NCBI GenBank assembly: GCA_903938575.1
Contig: CAJADV010000048.1
Location: forward strand, 1 to 51,874
Origin: an uncultured Gammaproteobacteria bacterium
GTDB taxonomy: Bacteria; Pseudomonadota; Gammaproteobacteria; Pseudomonadales; UBA5518
Direction of reading: 5' to 3'
Length of the DNA stretch: 51,874 nt
Shown: positions 7,776 to 16,888 of the stretch, piece after piece
Layout: every line of letters starts with the position of its first letter
How positions within the stretch are numbered: the first letter of the stretch is position 1
Made by a program: the position numbers and the translations under genes
The notes under the pieces: model-generated
Database searches by the model: none
Seen by the model: only the letters and a program-made list of their open reading frames with translations
What the model was told of the DNA's origin: nothing

Positions 7776-8396
7776 ATGCGCACACGACTCCTGCTGTTGC
7801 TTGTCTGCGTATTGCTGCCGGCCTGCGGGCCGCAGGTCGTGCAGATGAAAGCACTGAACGAATTTCCCCGCCCGCTGGTCGATCCACTGCCGATACGCGT
7901 GGGTTTGCACATCCCGCCCGAGTTCGCCGCCTACACCTACCACGAAAAGCGCCCGGGACGGGCGGGCCAGGAGTGGACCATCAGCATCGGGCCGCCGCAG
8001 GCACAGGTGTTTCAGGAAATGCTGGGCGCACTGTTCAGCGGCGTCGATGTGCTGGATTCGCCAACGGCGGGCGGCAATGGTCTTGCCGCCGTGATCGTGC
8101 CCGGCGTGGCGGAATTCCAGTTCGCGCTGCCCGCCGACACCAAGGCCAAGGTCTTCGAGATCTGGGTCAAATACGATCTTGGAATCCGCACCGCCAAGGG
8201 CGAGGAGATCGGTCACTGGCAGTTCACCGCCTATGGCAAGACGCCCACCGCGTTCCTGAAATCCGACGAGGAGGCGATCCGCGCGGCCACCATTGTTGCG
8301 CTGCGCGATGCGGGTGCCTCGCTGGTGAGCGGGCTGGAGCGCGACCCCAGGCTGCGCGAGTGGCTGGGCGTGGAGCAGCCCGCCGACAAGCCCTGA
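7776..8396 (+). CDS. putative lipoprotein (hypothetical)
   Basis: The ORF is open from ATG 7740. ATG 7776 gives MRTRLLLLLVCVLLPAC|G, which has a signal peptide and a lipobox-like LPAC. No family recognised. It is the last gene of the + strand operon. Confidence 0.55.
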   Translation: MRTRLLLLLVCVLLPACGPQVVQMKALNEFPRPLVDPLPIRVGLHIPPEFAAYTYHEKRPGRAGQEWTISIGPPQAQVFQEMLGALFSGVDVLDSPTAGGNGLAAVIVPGVAEFQFALPADTKAKVFEIWVKYDLGIRTAKGEEIGHWQFTAYGKTPTAFLKSDEEAIRAATIVALRDAGASLVSGLERDPRLREWLGVEQPADKP

Positions 8397-8397
8397 G

Positions 8398-10083
8398 TCA
8401 GCGACCTGGCGTGGCGGCTCGCCGCAGATCTGCCAGCAGCGCCTCGGGATTGGGGGCTCTTCCCAAAAAATCCCGCAACACCGTATCAGCGCTTCTCTCC
8501 CTGCCGAAGCGCAATAAACGCTCGGAGATCCACGCGTAGTAGCCAGCATCCGGGCCGCTCGCCGACCCTCGCAGCTCGCGAGCGCGGGCGCGCATATCCG
8601 CCGCCAGCACCGCGCCGAGCCCGTAATTGATCATGTAGCCGGGACTGTCCACGAGCTGCCCTCGCCGTGCCCACCATGACAGTCCCGGATGCGGGCGCAC
8701 GTGCAGGTAGCGCGCGGCGATGTCGTTCCAGACGCGGTCAGGATCTGCAGCAGGATCGGCGTAGACGCGCAGCTCGAAAAGACTCCAGGCCACATCCAGC
8801 ACGATGCCGGCATAGCGGCTGCGCAGGTTGTCCGCCGCCGATGCCCGGGCGCCGAGCCAGCGTTGCTGCCAGGGCTGCTCGTAGACCTCCTGGGAAAAAA
8901 TCTCTGCGATCGCCTCGGTGAACGCATTGCTGTCGGGCCAGTCGGCAAAGGCCGGCGACGTCCGGATCGCAGCGATGTGGATGGCGTGCCCGGTCTCGTG
9001 GAGTATCTCGTTCAGGTTGCCGATGCCGCCCGTCGCATAGCCGGCGATGACCCAGGGCTCCCCCGTCGACCAGCTCCCGTCCGCACGCCGCCGTGGTCGG
9101 GCACCGAAATCCGTGAAGGCGACCGCCGTCTTGCCCGGGCGGCGCTCGATGTCGTAGTGGATATTGAGTGCCGCGATATCGGCACCCAGGCTGGCGTGGA
9201 AGGCGTCGTTGATTTCCCGCAGCCGCCCGAGGGGCACACGAGCGCCAAGTTGCCGCTCCACCGGGTTGCCCGCATATTCGTAGTCCCACGGTTCGAGATC
9301 GTCGCCCGCCGTGAGCTCGCTCCACGCCTGCAAAACAGCCACCAGCCAGGGTTCCAGTTGGGCCTCATCCAGACCGAGCGCGCGCAGATTGTCAGCAACA
9401 GGCGAACCGCCCGCGCGCCACTCGGCTGCGACCATCGGCTGCATGCGGCGAAACGGACTTTGCTCGCCGCCGTCCCCGTTGATGGTCCGGAACATCGGCT
9501 GCATTGCCTCGAGCAAGTGCCTGCGCCGCGCCGGATCAGGCGAACGGGCCATATCGGCAAGGAGCGTCAGACGGTCGGTGACGCGGCCGTCAATCGCGAT
9601 GGCGTTGGCTGCCAGGCCGTAGCAGGCGTAAGTCCACGACCGCAACGCCGCGAGCGGGGCATCCCGGGCAGGCGCTTTTTCGCAACCGGATACGGACGCG
9701 CCATCTGCCGACGGCGCCGGCGGGAGATCCATCTCCCCGCGCGCGTAGGAGCTGCTCATGGCCTCTGCAGGAGCGCCTGCGGAAACGGGCAGCAGGGCGG
9801 CAACGGCGCTCTGCAACGCAGGGTAAGCAGTGCGCTCAGGCGTGGCGTCCTCAGCGCGCGCTTCGCGCGTGCGGATGCGATCGCCAAGCTCGCGCAGCTC
9901 GAGGAAACTTGACTCGACGGAAGGATCTCGAGCTGATGAAGACGCCGGATGCGCCTCGGCTGCAGCCAGGGCGGCGTGCGACAGGACCGCTGCGGCAAGG
10001 ACGAAGCTGAGAATCAGCGCCGCGCACGGCGGCCCGGAGGCGAACCCGGGAATCGTACAGCGCGGCTCAGTGGGCCCCGGCAC
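8398..10083 (-). CDS. secreted zinc metallopeptidase (HExxH, gluzincin-like)
   Basis: 561-aa ORF. Hydrophobic signal-like N-terminus (CAALILSFVLAAAVLSHAALAAA). HExxH motif within NEILHETGHAIHIA (HExGHxxH pattern, as in M2/M3-type peptidases). The exact family is not determined. Confidence 0.7.
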   Translation of the reverse strand: MPGPTEPRCTIPGFASGPPCAALILSFVLAAAVLSHAALAAAEAHPASSSARDPSVESSFLELRELGDRIRTREARAEDATPERTAYPALQSAVAALLPVSAGAPAEAMSSSYARGEMDLPPAPSADGASVSGCEKAPARDAPLAALRSWTYACYGLAANAIAIDGRVTDRLTLLADMARSPDPARRRHLLEAMQPMFRTINGDGGEQSPFRRMQPMVAAEWRAGGSPVADNLRALGLDEAQLEPWLVAVLQAWSELTAGDDLEPWDYEYAGNPVERQLGARVPLGRLREINDAFHASLGADIAALNIHYDIERRPGKTAVAFTDFGARPRRRADGSWSTGEPWVIAGYATGGIGNLNEILHETGHAIHIAAIRTSPAFADWPDSNAFTEAIAEIFSQEVYEQPWQQRWLGARASAADNLRSRYAGIVLDVAWSLFELRVYADPAADPDRVWNDIAARYLHVRPHPGLSWWARRGQLVDSPGYMINYGLGAVLAADMRARARELRGSASGPDAGYYAWISERLLRFGRERSADTVLRDFLGRAPNPEALLADLRRAATPGR

Positions 10084-10636
10084 CGGGCTCGACGTTGCGC
10101 ACTACGCGCAAGGCCTCCTCGATATCGGCAGCCTGCATGGGGCCCTGATGGAAGTAGAGCACCCTGCTGGCGGTATCGAGCATGATCACGGCGCTCGATG
10201 CCTCCTCCAGATTCCACAGTGCGCGCCCACGGCCCGTCTCGTCGGCGACGATGGTCGAGAGGCTGTACTTGCGTTTGTTCTTCTCGAGCTCCGACAACAC
10301 CATTCCCCGGGTGCCGAACATCGCGTCGTCGAGATTGACCACCGTGGTGATGTGATAGCGGGAGTAGGGAATGCCGGACTTTTCGAGGCTGTCGGTAAAG
10401 GGCTTGCTCTGCCTGCGCGCCGACATCCGGGCCGCCATGTACTGCACGATGTGGATCCGATCTCCGAGCGGCGCGCTCTGCCAGGGCCGGAAGCCCATCT
10501 TGTCGTCCTGCACCAGGATCTCGCCGAGCTTCTCAACCTGCAGCAGTGGCAGCGGATCGCCCGCCTGCAGTGCATGCAGTGGTGCCGCAGCGAGCAGGCA
10601 GAGCCCGAGCAACAGCCCCCGCACAGACTCAGTCAT
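10067..10636 (-). CDS. YtfJ-family periplasmic protein
   Basis: 189 aa with a signal peptide (LLLGLCLLAAAPLHA). The overall pattern (...IHIVQYMAARMSA...PFTDSLEKSGIPYSRYHITTVVNLDDAMFGT...) is recognised as the YtfJ/HI0045 family. The gene overlaps both neighbours, consistent with an operon. Confidence 0.65.
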   Translation of the reverse strand: MTESVRGLLLGLCLLAAAPLHALQAGDPLPLLQVEKLGEILVQDDKMGFRPWQSAPLGDRIHIVQYMAARMSARRQSKPFTDSLEKSGIPYSRYHITTVVNLDDAMFGTRGMVLSELEKNKRKYSLSTIVADETGRGRALWNLEEASSAVIMLDTASRVLYFHQGPMQAADIEEALRVVRNVEPGAGAH

Positions 10637-12008
10637 GATGGATAGGCTCGAGCCGGAGCGGCAGGTCGTCCATCAACTTCGAGAAGGGGAAATGCATGAT
10701 CGCGGGTGGATCGGCATAGCCAGCCGGCAGGCTGAAGCGGAAATTGCGGAGCATCTCGACCATCACGCACTTGAAGAGCATGTCGGCGAAGTGCAGGCCG
10801 ATGCACTTGTGAGCGCCGCCACCGAAAGGCACCCAAAGGTAGGGATGCTGCTTGTTCTCCTGGCGCTCGGGACCGAAACGGTCCGGATCGAAGCGGTGCG
10901 GCTCTTTCCAGTACTCCGGCATCCGATGACAGAAAATCGGGGAGATGGTGACCATCGTGTCGGCGGGAATACGGTAGCCGCCCAGCTCGGTCTCGCGGAT
11001 AGTGCGGCGCATCAGCTGCGGCACCGGCGGATGCATGCGCAGCATCTCGTGAAAGGTCTGCTCCACCAGCGGCACGTTCTGCCCCATGTCCTCGTAAGTG
11101 AGGCCGTGGCCCAACGCGTCGACCTCGGCACGCAGCCGCTCCTGCCACTCGGGATGCCGTGCAAGGTAATAGCTTGCCATGGTGAGCGCGCTGGTGGTGG
11201 TGTCGTGCGCGGCGAGCAGCAGGAAGATCAGGTGGTCAGCAACGACCTTGTCTGCATAGAGCTCGCCGTCCTCGCTGCGCTCCCGACTGAAGTGGCTCAT
11301 CATGTCCATGCCGTCGTCATTGCGCTTGGCAGGCACCAGACCCTCGAAGTAACGCCCCAGCGCCCGTCGCCCCTCCATGCCGCGCCGGTAACTCAGCCCG
11401 AGCCCCGGCCAGTCCTTGCGGATGATGGCCAGCGTGCCCGCCATCATGTCGAGGAAAGACTTGTTCAGGGTGTCGATGTCACTCTCGAGCCCCACACCCA
11501 CGAACACGCGGGCGCCGATCTCGAGCAGCAGCGACTTGATCTGCGGGTAGAAGTGGAAATCCGCGATCCCGGGCCACTCACGCGTGGTGCGTCCGGCCAG
11601 TTCGTTCACGCTGTGGATGTAGTGCTGCATCGAGCTCGTCTTGAAAGCCGACTGCATGATGCGGCGGTGAAACTTGTGCTCCGCGAAATCGCGCACCAGC
11701 AAACCGCCGTCAAAGAAGTCACCGAGCGGCGCGTCATAGCCCATGCGCGCCGAGTAGAGCTGCTGCTGATCCATGACAAGTTCGCGGTTGAAGTCAGGCC
11801 CCAGGGCCCAGACCATGTTCTGCCCGGTCAGACGCGCACGCGAGACCGCACCGAAGCGGTCATAGTGAGCCTTGAGAACCGCGTAGGGGTCCTTCAGCAA
11901 CGGGATCATGAACCCGAGATAGGGCAAGCCGTAGGCGCCCGGGATATGTCCCAGATCACGGTTGTCCTTGCGCAGGGCGTAATCCTGCTCGATACCAGCC
12001 GCTTTCAT
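10629..12008 (-). CDS. cytochrome P450
   Basis: Heme-thiolate loop FGGGAHKCIGLHFA, ExxR motif (EMLRMHPP) and I-helix AAHDTTTS. The ORF track starts at a TTG codon at 12074. ATG 12008 is preceded by AGGAG 9 nt upstream and is preferred. Confidence 0.9.
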   Translation of the reverse strand: MKAAGIEQDYALRKDNRDLGHIPGAYGLPYLGFMIPLLKDPYAVLKAHYDRFGAVSRARLTGQNMVWALGPDFNRELVMDQQQLYSARMGYDAPLGDFFDGGLLVRDFAEHKFHRRIMQSAFKTSSMQHYIHSVNELAGRTTREWPGIADFHFYPQIKSLLLEIGARVFVGVGLESDIDTLNKSFLDMMAGTLAIIRKDWPGLGLSYRRGMEGRRALGRYFEGLVPAKRNDDGMDMMSHFSRERSEDGELYADKVVADHLIFLLLAAHDTTTSALTMASYYLARHPEWQERLRAEVDALGHGLTYEDMGQNVPLVEQTFHEMLRMHPPVPQLMRRTIRETELGGYRIPADTMVTISPIFCHRMPEYWKEPHRFDPDRFGPERQENKQHPYLWVPFGGGAHKCIGLHFADMLFKCVMVEMLRNFRFSLPAGYADPPAIMHFPFSKLMDDLPLRLEPIHHD

Positions 12009-12083
12009 CAGGTGGGACTCCTGCAGGCCGTAAAAACCGGGCGGCCTTATTGCCCCCTTCGTGCCTGCTGACAATTGAACCAG

Positions 12084-12112
12084 AGACTATGCCATCGATC
12101 CCCGGCTGACAA
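12084..12112 (-). promoter_or_regulatory. candidate sigma70-type promoter for the P450 operon
   Basis: The minus strand reads TTGTCA (12112-12107), a 17-nt spacer, then TAGTCT (12089-84). The -10 match is weak. This is pattern recognition only. Confidence 0.25.
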
Positions 12113-12163
12113 TCGCGGCAGGCTCGCAGCATCAGCACATGGACGGACCGTAAAGCGGAACCG

Positions 12164-12658
12164 CTAGTTCCGGTTTACCGGTTTGCTATACGGGTCCTCG
12201 TGACGACGATCGTCTCCCGAACGGCGATCATCGCTCATGCGCACATCCTCACGACGGTCGATGCGGACACGACGAGGACTGCGCCGACGGCCCACCACCG
12301 TATGCACCTGGCATTGGCATGTTTCGCGATCACAACCGGGCACCGGGATGGACGGGACGCGCCCCTCGGGGAAGGTCTTGCCGCGCAGGAGCACGACGGC
12401 ATCGCAGGGTGAGGGTTGGGGGAACAGCATGCCACCGCGGAACTTGTCGACAAATTCGGCATCTTGCGCAGGCTGTGGAACGGATGGAGCAGTCGAAGCG
12501 GGCGAGGTGCGAGACACCGGGGAATCCCGGCGCGACGAGGTCTGGGCCTTGGGCACTGCAACGGCGCCCCGAGCGGATTTATCGCGCCCCTTGATCAGGA
12601 AAAAGTACAACAGCGCCGCCGTGATCGCGAGGCCTGCCAGCACTATCGCTGCACTCAT
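12164..12658 (-). CDS. hypothetical membrane-anchored protein with Cys cluster and Arg/Asp-rich tail
   Basis: ATG at 12658. N-terminal TM AAIVLAGLAITAALLYFFLI. A Ser/Pro-rich linker is followed by PVPGCDRETCQCQVH and a highly charged tail RRRSPRRVRIDRREDVRMSDDRRSGDDRRHED. The GC3-rich codon pattern is consistent with coding. Confidence 0.5.
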   Translation of the reverse strand: MSAAIVLAGLAITAALLYFFLIKGRDKSARGAVAVPKAQTSSRRDSPVSRTSPASTAPSVPQPAQDAEFVDKFRGGMLFPQPSPCDAVVLLRGKTFPEGRVPSIPVPGCDRETCQCQVHTVVGRRRSPRRVRIDRREDVRMSDDRRSGDDRRHEDPYSKPVNRN

Positions 12659-12727
12659 TGCCGCTCACCCTCGGTTCGGCCGGTACTGGGTTTCACGCGC
12701 GAGGGCGTGACGCAAAAGTATAGGCCA

Positions 12728-13738
12728 TCACCGATCAAGGGGGCGCAGACCCACGGCGGCACGCACGGAACTCATCAGGGGCACGCTGAACTGGCGGGCT
12801 CGCACCGCACCCTCGCGGAGCAGTTGCTCGATTCTCCCCGGGTCTGCGAGGAGCGCTTCGTAGCGCTCGCGTGGACCCATCAACTGCGTGTTGAGCAGTT
12901 CGAAAAGCTGACGCTTGGCTTCACCCCAGCCGATGCCATCGGCAAAGGCCTGACGCATGGCGGCGCTCTGTTGGGGCGTGGCAAACGCCTGCCAGATCTG
13001 GAACACGGCGGACGCGTCGGGATCCTTCGGCTCACCGGGCTCCTGCAGGTTGGTCTTGATGCGATTGATGTGTTTCTGGAGCTGTTTCTCGGGCAAAAAC
13101 AGCGGAATGGTGTTGCCGTAGCTCTTGCTCATCTTGCGGCCGTCAAGGCCTGCCAGCACGGCAGAGTTGTCATCGACCGCCGCGCTGGGCAGCACGAAGT
13201 GCTCGCCGTAGTGATGGTTGAAGCGCTGCGCGATATCGCGCGCCATCTCCACGTGCTGCACCTGGTCACGCCCTACGGGCACGAGGTTGGTGCCGAACAA
13301 CAGGATGTCCGCGGCCATCAGCACCGGGTAGCTGTAAAGGCCCATGGTGATGGCGAAGTCAGGATCCTCGCCAGATTCCTGGTTGGACTGCACCGCGGCC
13401 TTGTAGGCGTGGGCCCGATTCATCAGACCCTTGGCCGTGTTGCAGGTGAGTATCCAGGTGAGCTCGGGAATCTCGGGGATATCGGACTGGCGGTAGAAAA
13501 TCACCCGATCCGGATCCAGTCCGCAGGCGAGCCAGGTGGCTGCAATTTCGCGGGTGGCGCGGTGCACGACCTCCGGGTCCTGGCACTTGATCAGCGCGTG
13601 GAAATCCGCAAGAAAGAAAAACGACTGCACGTCCTGGCGCCGACTCGCCTCGATGGCAGGACGGAACATGCCCACGTAATTGCCGAGGTGCGGAGTGCCA
13701 CTCGGCGTGATGCCGGTGAGAACGCGCTGGTATTTCAT
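12728..13738 (-). CDS. trpS: tryptophan--tRNA ligase
   Basis: Class I aaRS motifs [11 protein letters not shown] (HIGH-type) and KMSKS. ATG at 13738 gives about 336 aa. The longer ORF reaching 14053 overlaps the divergent gene and lacks homology. Confidence 0.93.
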   Translation of the reverse strand: MKYQRVLTGITPSGTPHLGNYVGMFRPAIEASRRQDVQSFFFLADFHALIKCQDPEVVHRATREIAATWLACGLDPDRVIFYRQSDIPEIPELTWILTCNTAKGLMNRAHAYKAAVQSNQESGEDPDFAITMGLYSYPVLMAADILLFGTNLVPVGRDQVQHVEMARDIAQRFNHHYGEHFVLPSAAVDDNSAVLAGLDGRKMSKSYGNTIPLFLPEKQLQKHINRIKTNLQEPGEPKDPDASAVFQIWQAFATPQQSAAMRQAFADGIGWGEAKRQLFELLNTQLMGPRERYEALLADPGRIEQLLREGAVRARQFSVPLMSSVRAAVGLRPLDR

Positions 13739-13832
13739 GGATTTGGCGACCCGGTGTACAAGCGCCGTATGATACGGACCCGCCGGGACGTGGGCCAGCC
13801 GCCTCCCGCGATCACCCAGCCCGGAGAACACC

Positions 13833-14624
13833 ATGAACAGTTTCAGCACCCTCGAATTCGTCCGCGACGGCGCCCTGGCGCGAATCACCCTGAACCGGCC
13901 CGATGCCGCCAACGGCCTCAGCATGGAGATGGCCAAGGAACTGCTCGAAGTCTCCATCGCCTGTCGTGCCGATGCCGGTGTACGCGCCGTGATCCTGAGC
14001 GGTCGGGGACGCTTCTTCTGCGCCGGCGGAGACCTGAAGGGCTTCGTCGACAACGCCGACGCGCTCTATCCCTTCGTCAAGGAGCTCACCACCCACCTGC
14101 ATTGCGCCATCAGCAATTTCGCGCGCATGCGCGCACCGCTGATAGTGGCCGTAAACGGTGCAGCAGCCGGCGCGGGCTTCAGCCTGGCGGCGGCGGGCGA
14201 TCTGGTGATCGCGGCACGCTCGGCCAAGTTCTCGATGGCCTACACCGGCGCGGGACTGGTGCCCGATGGCAGCAGCAGCTGGTACCTGCCCCGCATCGTC
14301 GGGATCCGCCGTACGCAAGAACTGATGCTCACCAACCGTCGCCTGAGCGCCGAGGAAGCCCTCGACTGGGGCATCCTCACCCGCGTGGTGGATGACACCG
14401 AGCTGGCGGCAGAAACCGAGAAGCTCGCGCAACAAATGGCCTCGGGGCCCACGGTCGCTTACGGCGCCGTGAAAAAACTGCTGGCGCTCAGTTTCGAGTC
14501 TTCGCTGGAGGCGCAACTCGAGCACGAGTCACAGGCCATCTCGGAGGCGGCCATCACGGCCGACGGTCGCGAGGGTGTCGCGGCATTCTTTGCCAAGCGC
14601 ACGCCAGACTACCGCGGCGCTTGA
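13833..14624 (+). CDS. enoyl-CoA hydratase/isomerase (crotonase) family protein
   Basis: [12 protein letters not shown]...[17 protein letters not shown] is the typical crotonase oxyanion-hole region. GGAG-like RBS before ATG 13833. Confidence 0.88.
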   Translation: MNSFSTLEFVRDGALARITLNRPDAANGLSMEMAKELLEVSIACRADAGVRAVILSGRGRFFCAGGDLKGFVDNADALYPFVKELTTHLHCAISNFARMRAPLIVAVNGAAAGAGFSLAAAGDLVIAARSAKFSMAYTGAGLVPDGSSSWYLPRIVGIRRTQELMLTNRRLSAEEALDWGILTRVVDDTELAAETEKLAQQMASGPTVAYGAVKKLLALSFESSLEAQLEHESQAISEAAITADGREGVAAFFAKRTPDYRGA

Positions 14625-14631
14625 GTCGCAG

Positions 14632-14661
14632 CCGGGGGGCGCGCCGGCAGCGCGCCTCCGG
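14632..14661. terminator. GC-rich hairpin between convergent genes (possible bidirectional terminator)
   Basis: GGCGCGC (14638-44) pairs with GCGCGCC (14650-56), flanked by CCGG/CCGG. There is no U-tract, so terminator function is uncertain. Confidence 0.3.
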
Positions 14662-14672
14662 AGCGGGAATCC

Positions 14673-15965
14673 CTAGAGTCGCTCCTCGTCAAAGAAGCGC
14701 GCCAGCACCCGCGCCAGGGCGTGCGGATCGCTGGCCCCGGCGAGTTCGCGGGGCGAGTGCATCGCAAAGGTAGGCACGCCGACATCCACCGTGCGCACGC
14801 CGACGGCCGCGGCAGTGAGCGGCCCTATGGTGCTGCCGCAAGCCATGTCGCTGCGGACGGCAAAAGTCTGCAGTGGCACACCCTCGGCCTCGCAGAGCCA
14901 GCGCAGCAGCGCGCCGGTCTCGCCGCTGGTGGCGTAACGTTGGTTTGCATTGAGCTTGAGTACCGGGCCCGCGTTCAGCAAGGGACCGTGATTGGCATCG
15001 TGCTTGTCGGCAAAGTTGGGATGCACGCCATGGGCGTTATCAGCCGACACCAGCAGCGAGCGGGCGATGGCACGATCGCGCTGCTCCCGGTCGGGCAGCA
15101 GGCGCGCCAGCACGGCGGCCAGCATGGGCCCGGAAGCGCCCACGGCAGACACGCTTCCCACTTCCTCGTGGTCGGTGCAGACGAGCAAGGCATCCACCGC
15201 ACCGCTCGCCTCGGCGATTGCCATGGCCCCCGCGTAACAGCTCAGCAGATTATCGAGACGCGCGCCGGCGATGAACTCGCGGTGCAGCCCCACCAAGGCC
15301 GGTGGCTGGGTGTCGTAGAAACACAGGTCAAAACCCAGCACCTGGCGCGCGCCGCAGCCGGGGTGTTCCTCCAGCAGCCGTGCAAGCAGCAGGGCCTCGA
15401 AACCACGCGGCTCGCTCGCCTCGGCGCAGAGCAGCACCGGCAGGTGCGTCTGTGCATTGATGGCGCGGCCCTCGTTCGCCGAGCGGTCGAGATGAATCGC
15501 CAGACTGGGAATCACCGCGATGGGCGCATCGAAATCGATCAACGCATGCCCTACACCATCGGCACAGCCGAAACTCACGCGTCCGGCCAGCGACAGCTCG
15601 CGGTCGAACCAGGGATTGAGGAGCGCGCCGCCGTATACCTCGACACCCAACTGCAGATAGCCATGGCGGCGCAATTCCGGCCGCGGCTTGGGTTTCAAGC
15701 AGGGGCTGTCGGTGTGGGCACCCACCAGCCGCAGGCCGGTATCGGTGGCTGCGCTGCGGCCTTTCACGAAGGCGATCAGGGAAGAGCCATTACGTCGCAC
15801 GAAGTAACGCCCGCCCGCCTCCAGCGCCCAGGAATCCTCCTCGGCCAGTTCGCGGAATCCGTGCTCGGCGAGCAGCGCAGAGAGCGCGCGCACCGCATGG
15901 AAGGGCGTCGGTGACTCGGCGATGAAATCGAGCAAGCCCGTGTTGAATGCCTGCAGATCTTTCAT
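14673..15965 (-). CDS. apeB: M18-family aminopeptidase
   Basis: The N-terminus [25 protein letters not shown] is characteristic of M18 aspartyl aminopeptidase/ApeB. 430 aa. Confidence 0.88.
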   Translation of the reverse strand: MKDLQAFNTGLLDFIAESPTPFHAVRALSALLAEHGFRELAEEDSWALEAGGRYFVRRNGSSLIAFVKGRSAATDTGLRLVGAHTDSPCLKPKPRPELRRHGYLQLGVEVYGGALLNPWFDRELSLAGRVSFGCADGVGHALIDFDAPIAVIPSLAIHLDRSANEGRAINAQTHLPVLLCAEASEPRGFEALLLARLLEEHPGCGARQVLGFDLCFYDTQPPALVGLHREFIAGARLDNLLSCYAGAMAIAEASGAVDALLVCTDHEEVGSVSAVGASGPMLAAVLARLLPDREQRDRAIARSLLVSADNAHGVHPNFADKHDANHGPLLNAGPVLKLNANQRYATSGETGALLRWLCEAEGVPLQTFAVRSDMACGSTIGPLTAAAVGVRTVDVGVPTFAMHSPRELAGASDPHALARVLARFFDEERL

Positions 15966-16855
15966 TCGAGGCGTCCTCCGCCGTCACGGTTGCGTTCGAG
16001 TCGCGCGAGCAGGCTGGAGGTATCCCAACGGCGGCCACCCATTGCCTGGACCTCAGCGTAGAGCTGGTCGACCAAGGCAGTCAGCGGCAGGCTGCTGCCG
16101 TTGCGCCGCGACTCCTCCAGCACGATACCCAGATCCTTGCGCATCCAGTCGACGGCGAATCCAAAATCAAAGCGCCCCTCGAGCATGCTTGCGTAGCGGT
16201 TTTCCATCTGCCAGGACTGCGCAGCGCCCTGGCGAATCACCTCGACCACGGCACCGGCATCGAGGCCCGAGGCCTGCGCGAAATGCAGCCCCTCGGCAAG
16301 GCCCTGCACGATGCCCGCAACGCAGATCTGGTTGACCATCTTGGCGAGCTGCCCGGCACCGGCGGGCCCCAGCAGCCTCGCACAGCGCGCGTAGCATCCG
16401 AGAAATTCCTCGACGGCAGCGAAGGCCTGCGACTCGCCACCGCACATGATCGTGAGTTTGCCGTTCTCTGCTCCGACCTGACCGCCCGAGACCGGTGCAT
16501 CGAGCCAACCGATGCCTCGCGCGGCACATGTCAGGGCCAACTCACGCGCCAACTCGGCCGATGCGGTGGTGTGGTCGACCAAGACCGCGCCCGGCGCCAT
16601 CGCGTCGAGCAGGCCCTGCGGACCGAGCACGACCTCACGAACGCTGGCGTCATTGCCCAGGCACAGGAAAACGGCCTCTGCGCCTTCTACCGCTTGCCGG
16701 GCGCTGGCAGCTGCAGTACCGGCGTGGGCTTCCCGCCAGCGAGAAATCTTGGTGTGATCACGATTGAATACCGATACGGCATGACCGGCGCGGGCCAGAT
16801 GCCCGGCCATCGGGAACCCCATGACGCCCAGACCGACGAAGGCCAGTGATGCCAT
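15962..16855 (-). CDS. NAD(P)-dependent oxidoreductase, 3-hydroxyisobutyrate/6-phosphogluconate dehydrogenase-like
   Basis: Rossmann motif [18 protein letters not shown] 16855 has AGGAG 6 nt upstream (the track start at 16861 is a TTG). There is a 4-nt overlap with apeB. Confidence 0.85.
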   Translation of the reverse strand: MASLAFVGLGVMGFPMAGHLARAGHAVSVFNRDHTKISRWREAHAGTAAASARQAVEGAEAVFLCLGNDASVREVVLGPQGLLDAMAPGAVLVDHTTASAELARELALTCAARGIGWLDAPVSGGQVGAENGKLTIMCGGESQAFAAVEEFLGCYARCARLLGPAGAGQLAKMVNQICVAGIVQGLAEGLHFAQASGLDAGAVVEVIRQGAAQSWQMENRYASMLEGRFDFGFAVDWMRKDLGIVLEESRRNGSSLPLTALVDQLYAEVQAMGGRRWDTSSLLARLERNRDGGGRLE

Positions 16856-16888
16856 CCGCAACTCCTGAAAGGGGGCGCGCGACGCGCC

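Noticed and set aside
1-8396. Possibility that the envelope operon is a mobile genomic or defence island
   Set aside because: I see no integrase, transposase, flanking tRNA or direct repeats, and no compositional shift by eye. The upstream boundary is outside the window, so island status cannot be claimed. A defence role is not excluded, but the sequence does not support it.
7041-8549. 502-aa ORF on the - strand spanning vWA paralog 2 and the lipoprotein gene
   Set aside because: It is antisense to genes with clear vWA/MIDAS and signal-peptide features. Its translation is Arg/Ala/Gly/Pro-rich with no recognisable motif. It is a typical stop-codon-poor shadow frame of GC-rich DNA.
8689-9912. 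407-aa + strand ORF opposite the metallopeptidase
   Set aside because: The - strand product has a signal peptide and an HExxH motif. The + strand translation is low-complexity and Arg-rich.
10371-12071. 566-aa + strand ORF opposite the P450 gene
   Set aside because: The P450 motifs (heme loop, ExxR, I-helix) are unambiguous on the - strand. The + strand frame is a shadow ORF.
12416-14395. 659-aa + strand ORF running through trpS and the crotonase gene
   Set aside because: It overlaps trpS in antisense and the crotonase gene out of frame. It has no motif. Both overlapped genes have strong family signatures.
14721-15914. 397-aa + strand ORF opposite apeB
   Set aside because: It is an antisense shadow of a clear M18 aminopeptidase gene.
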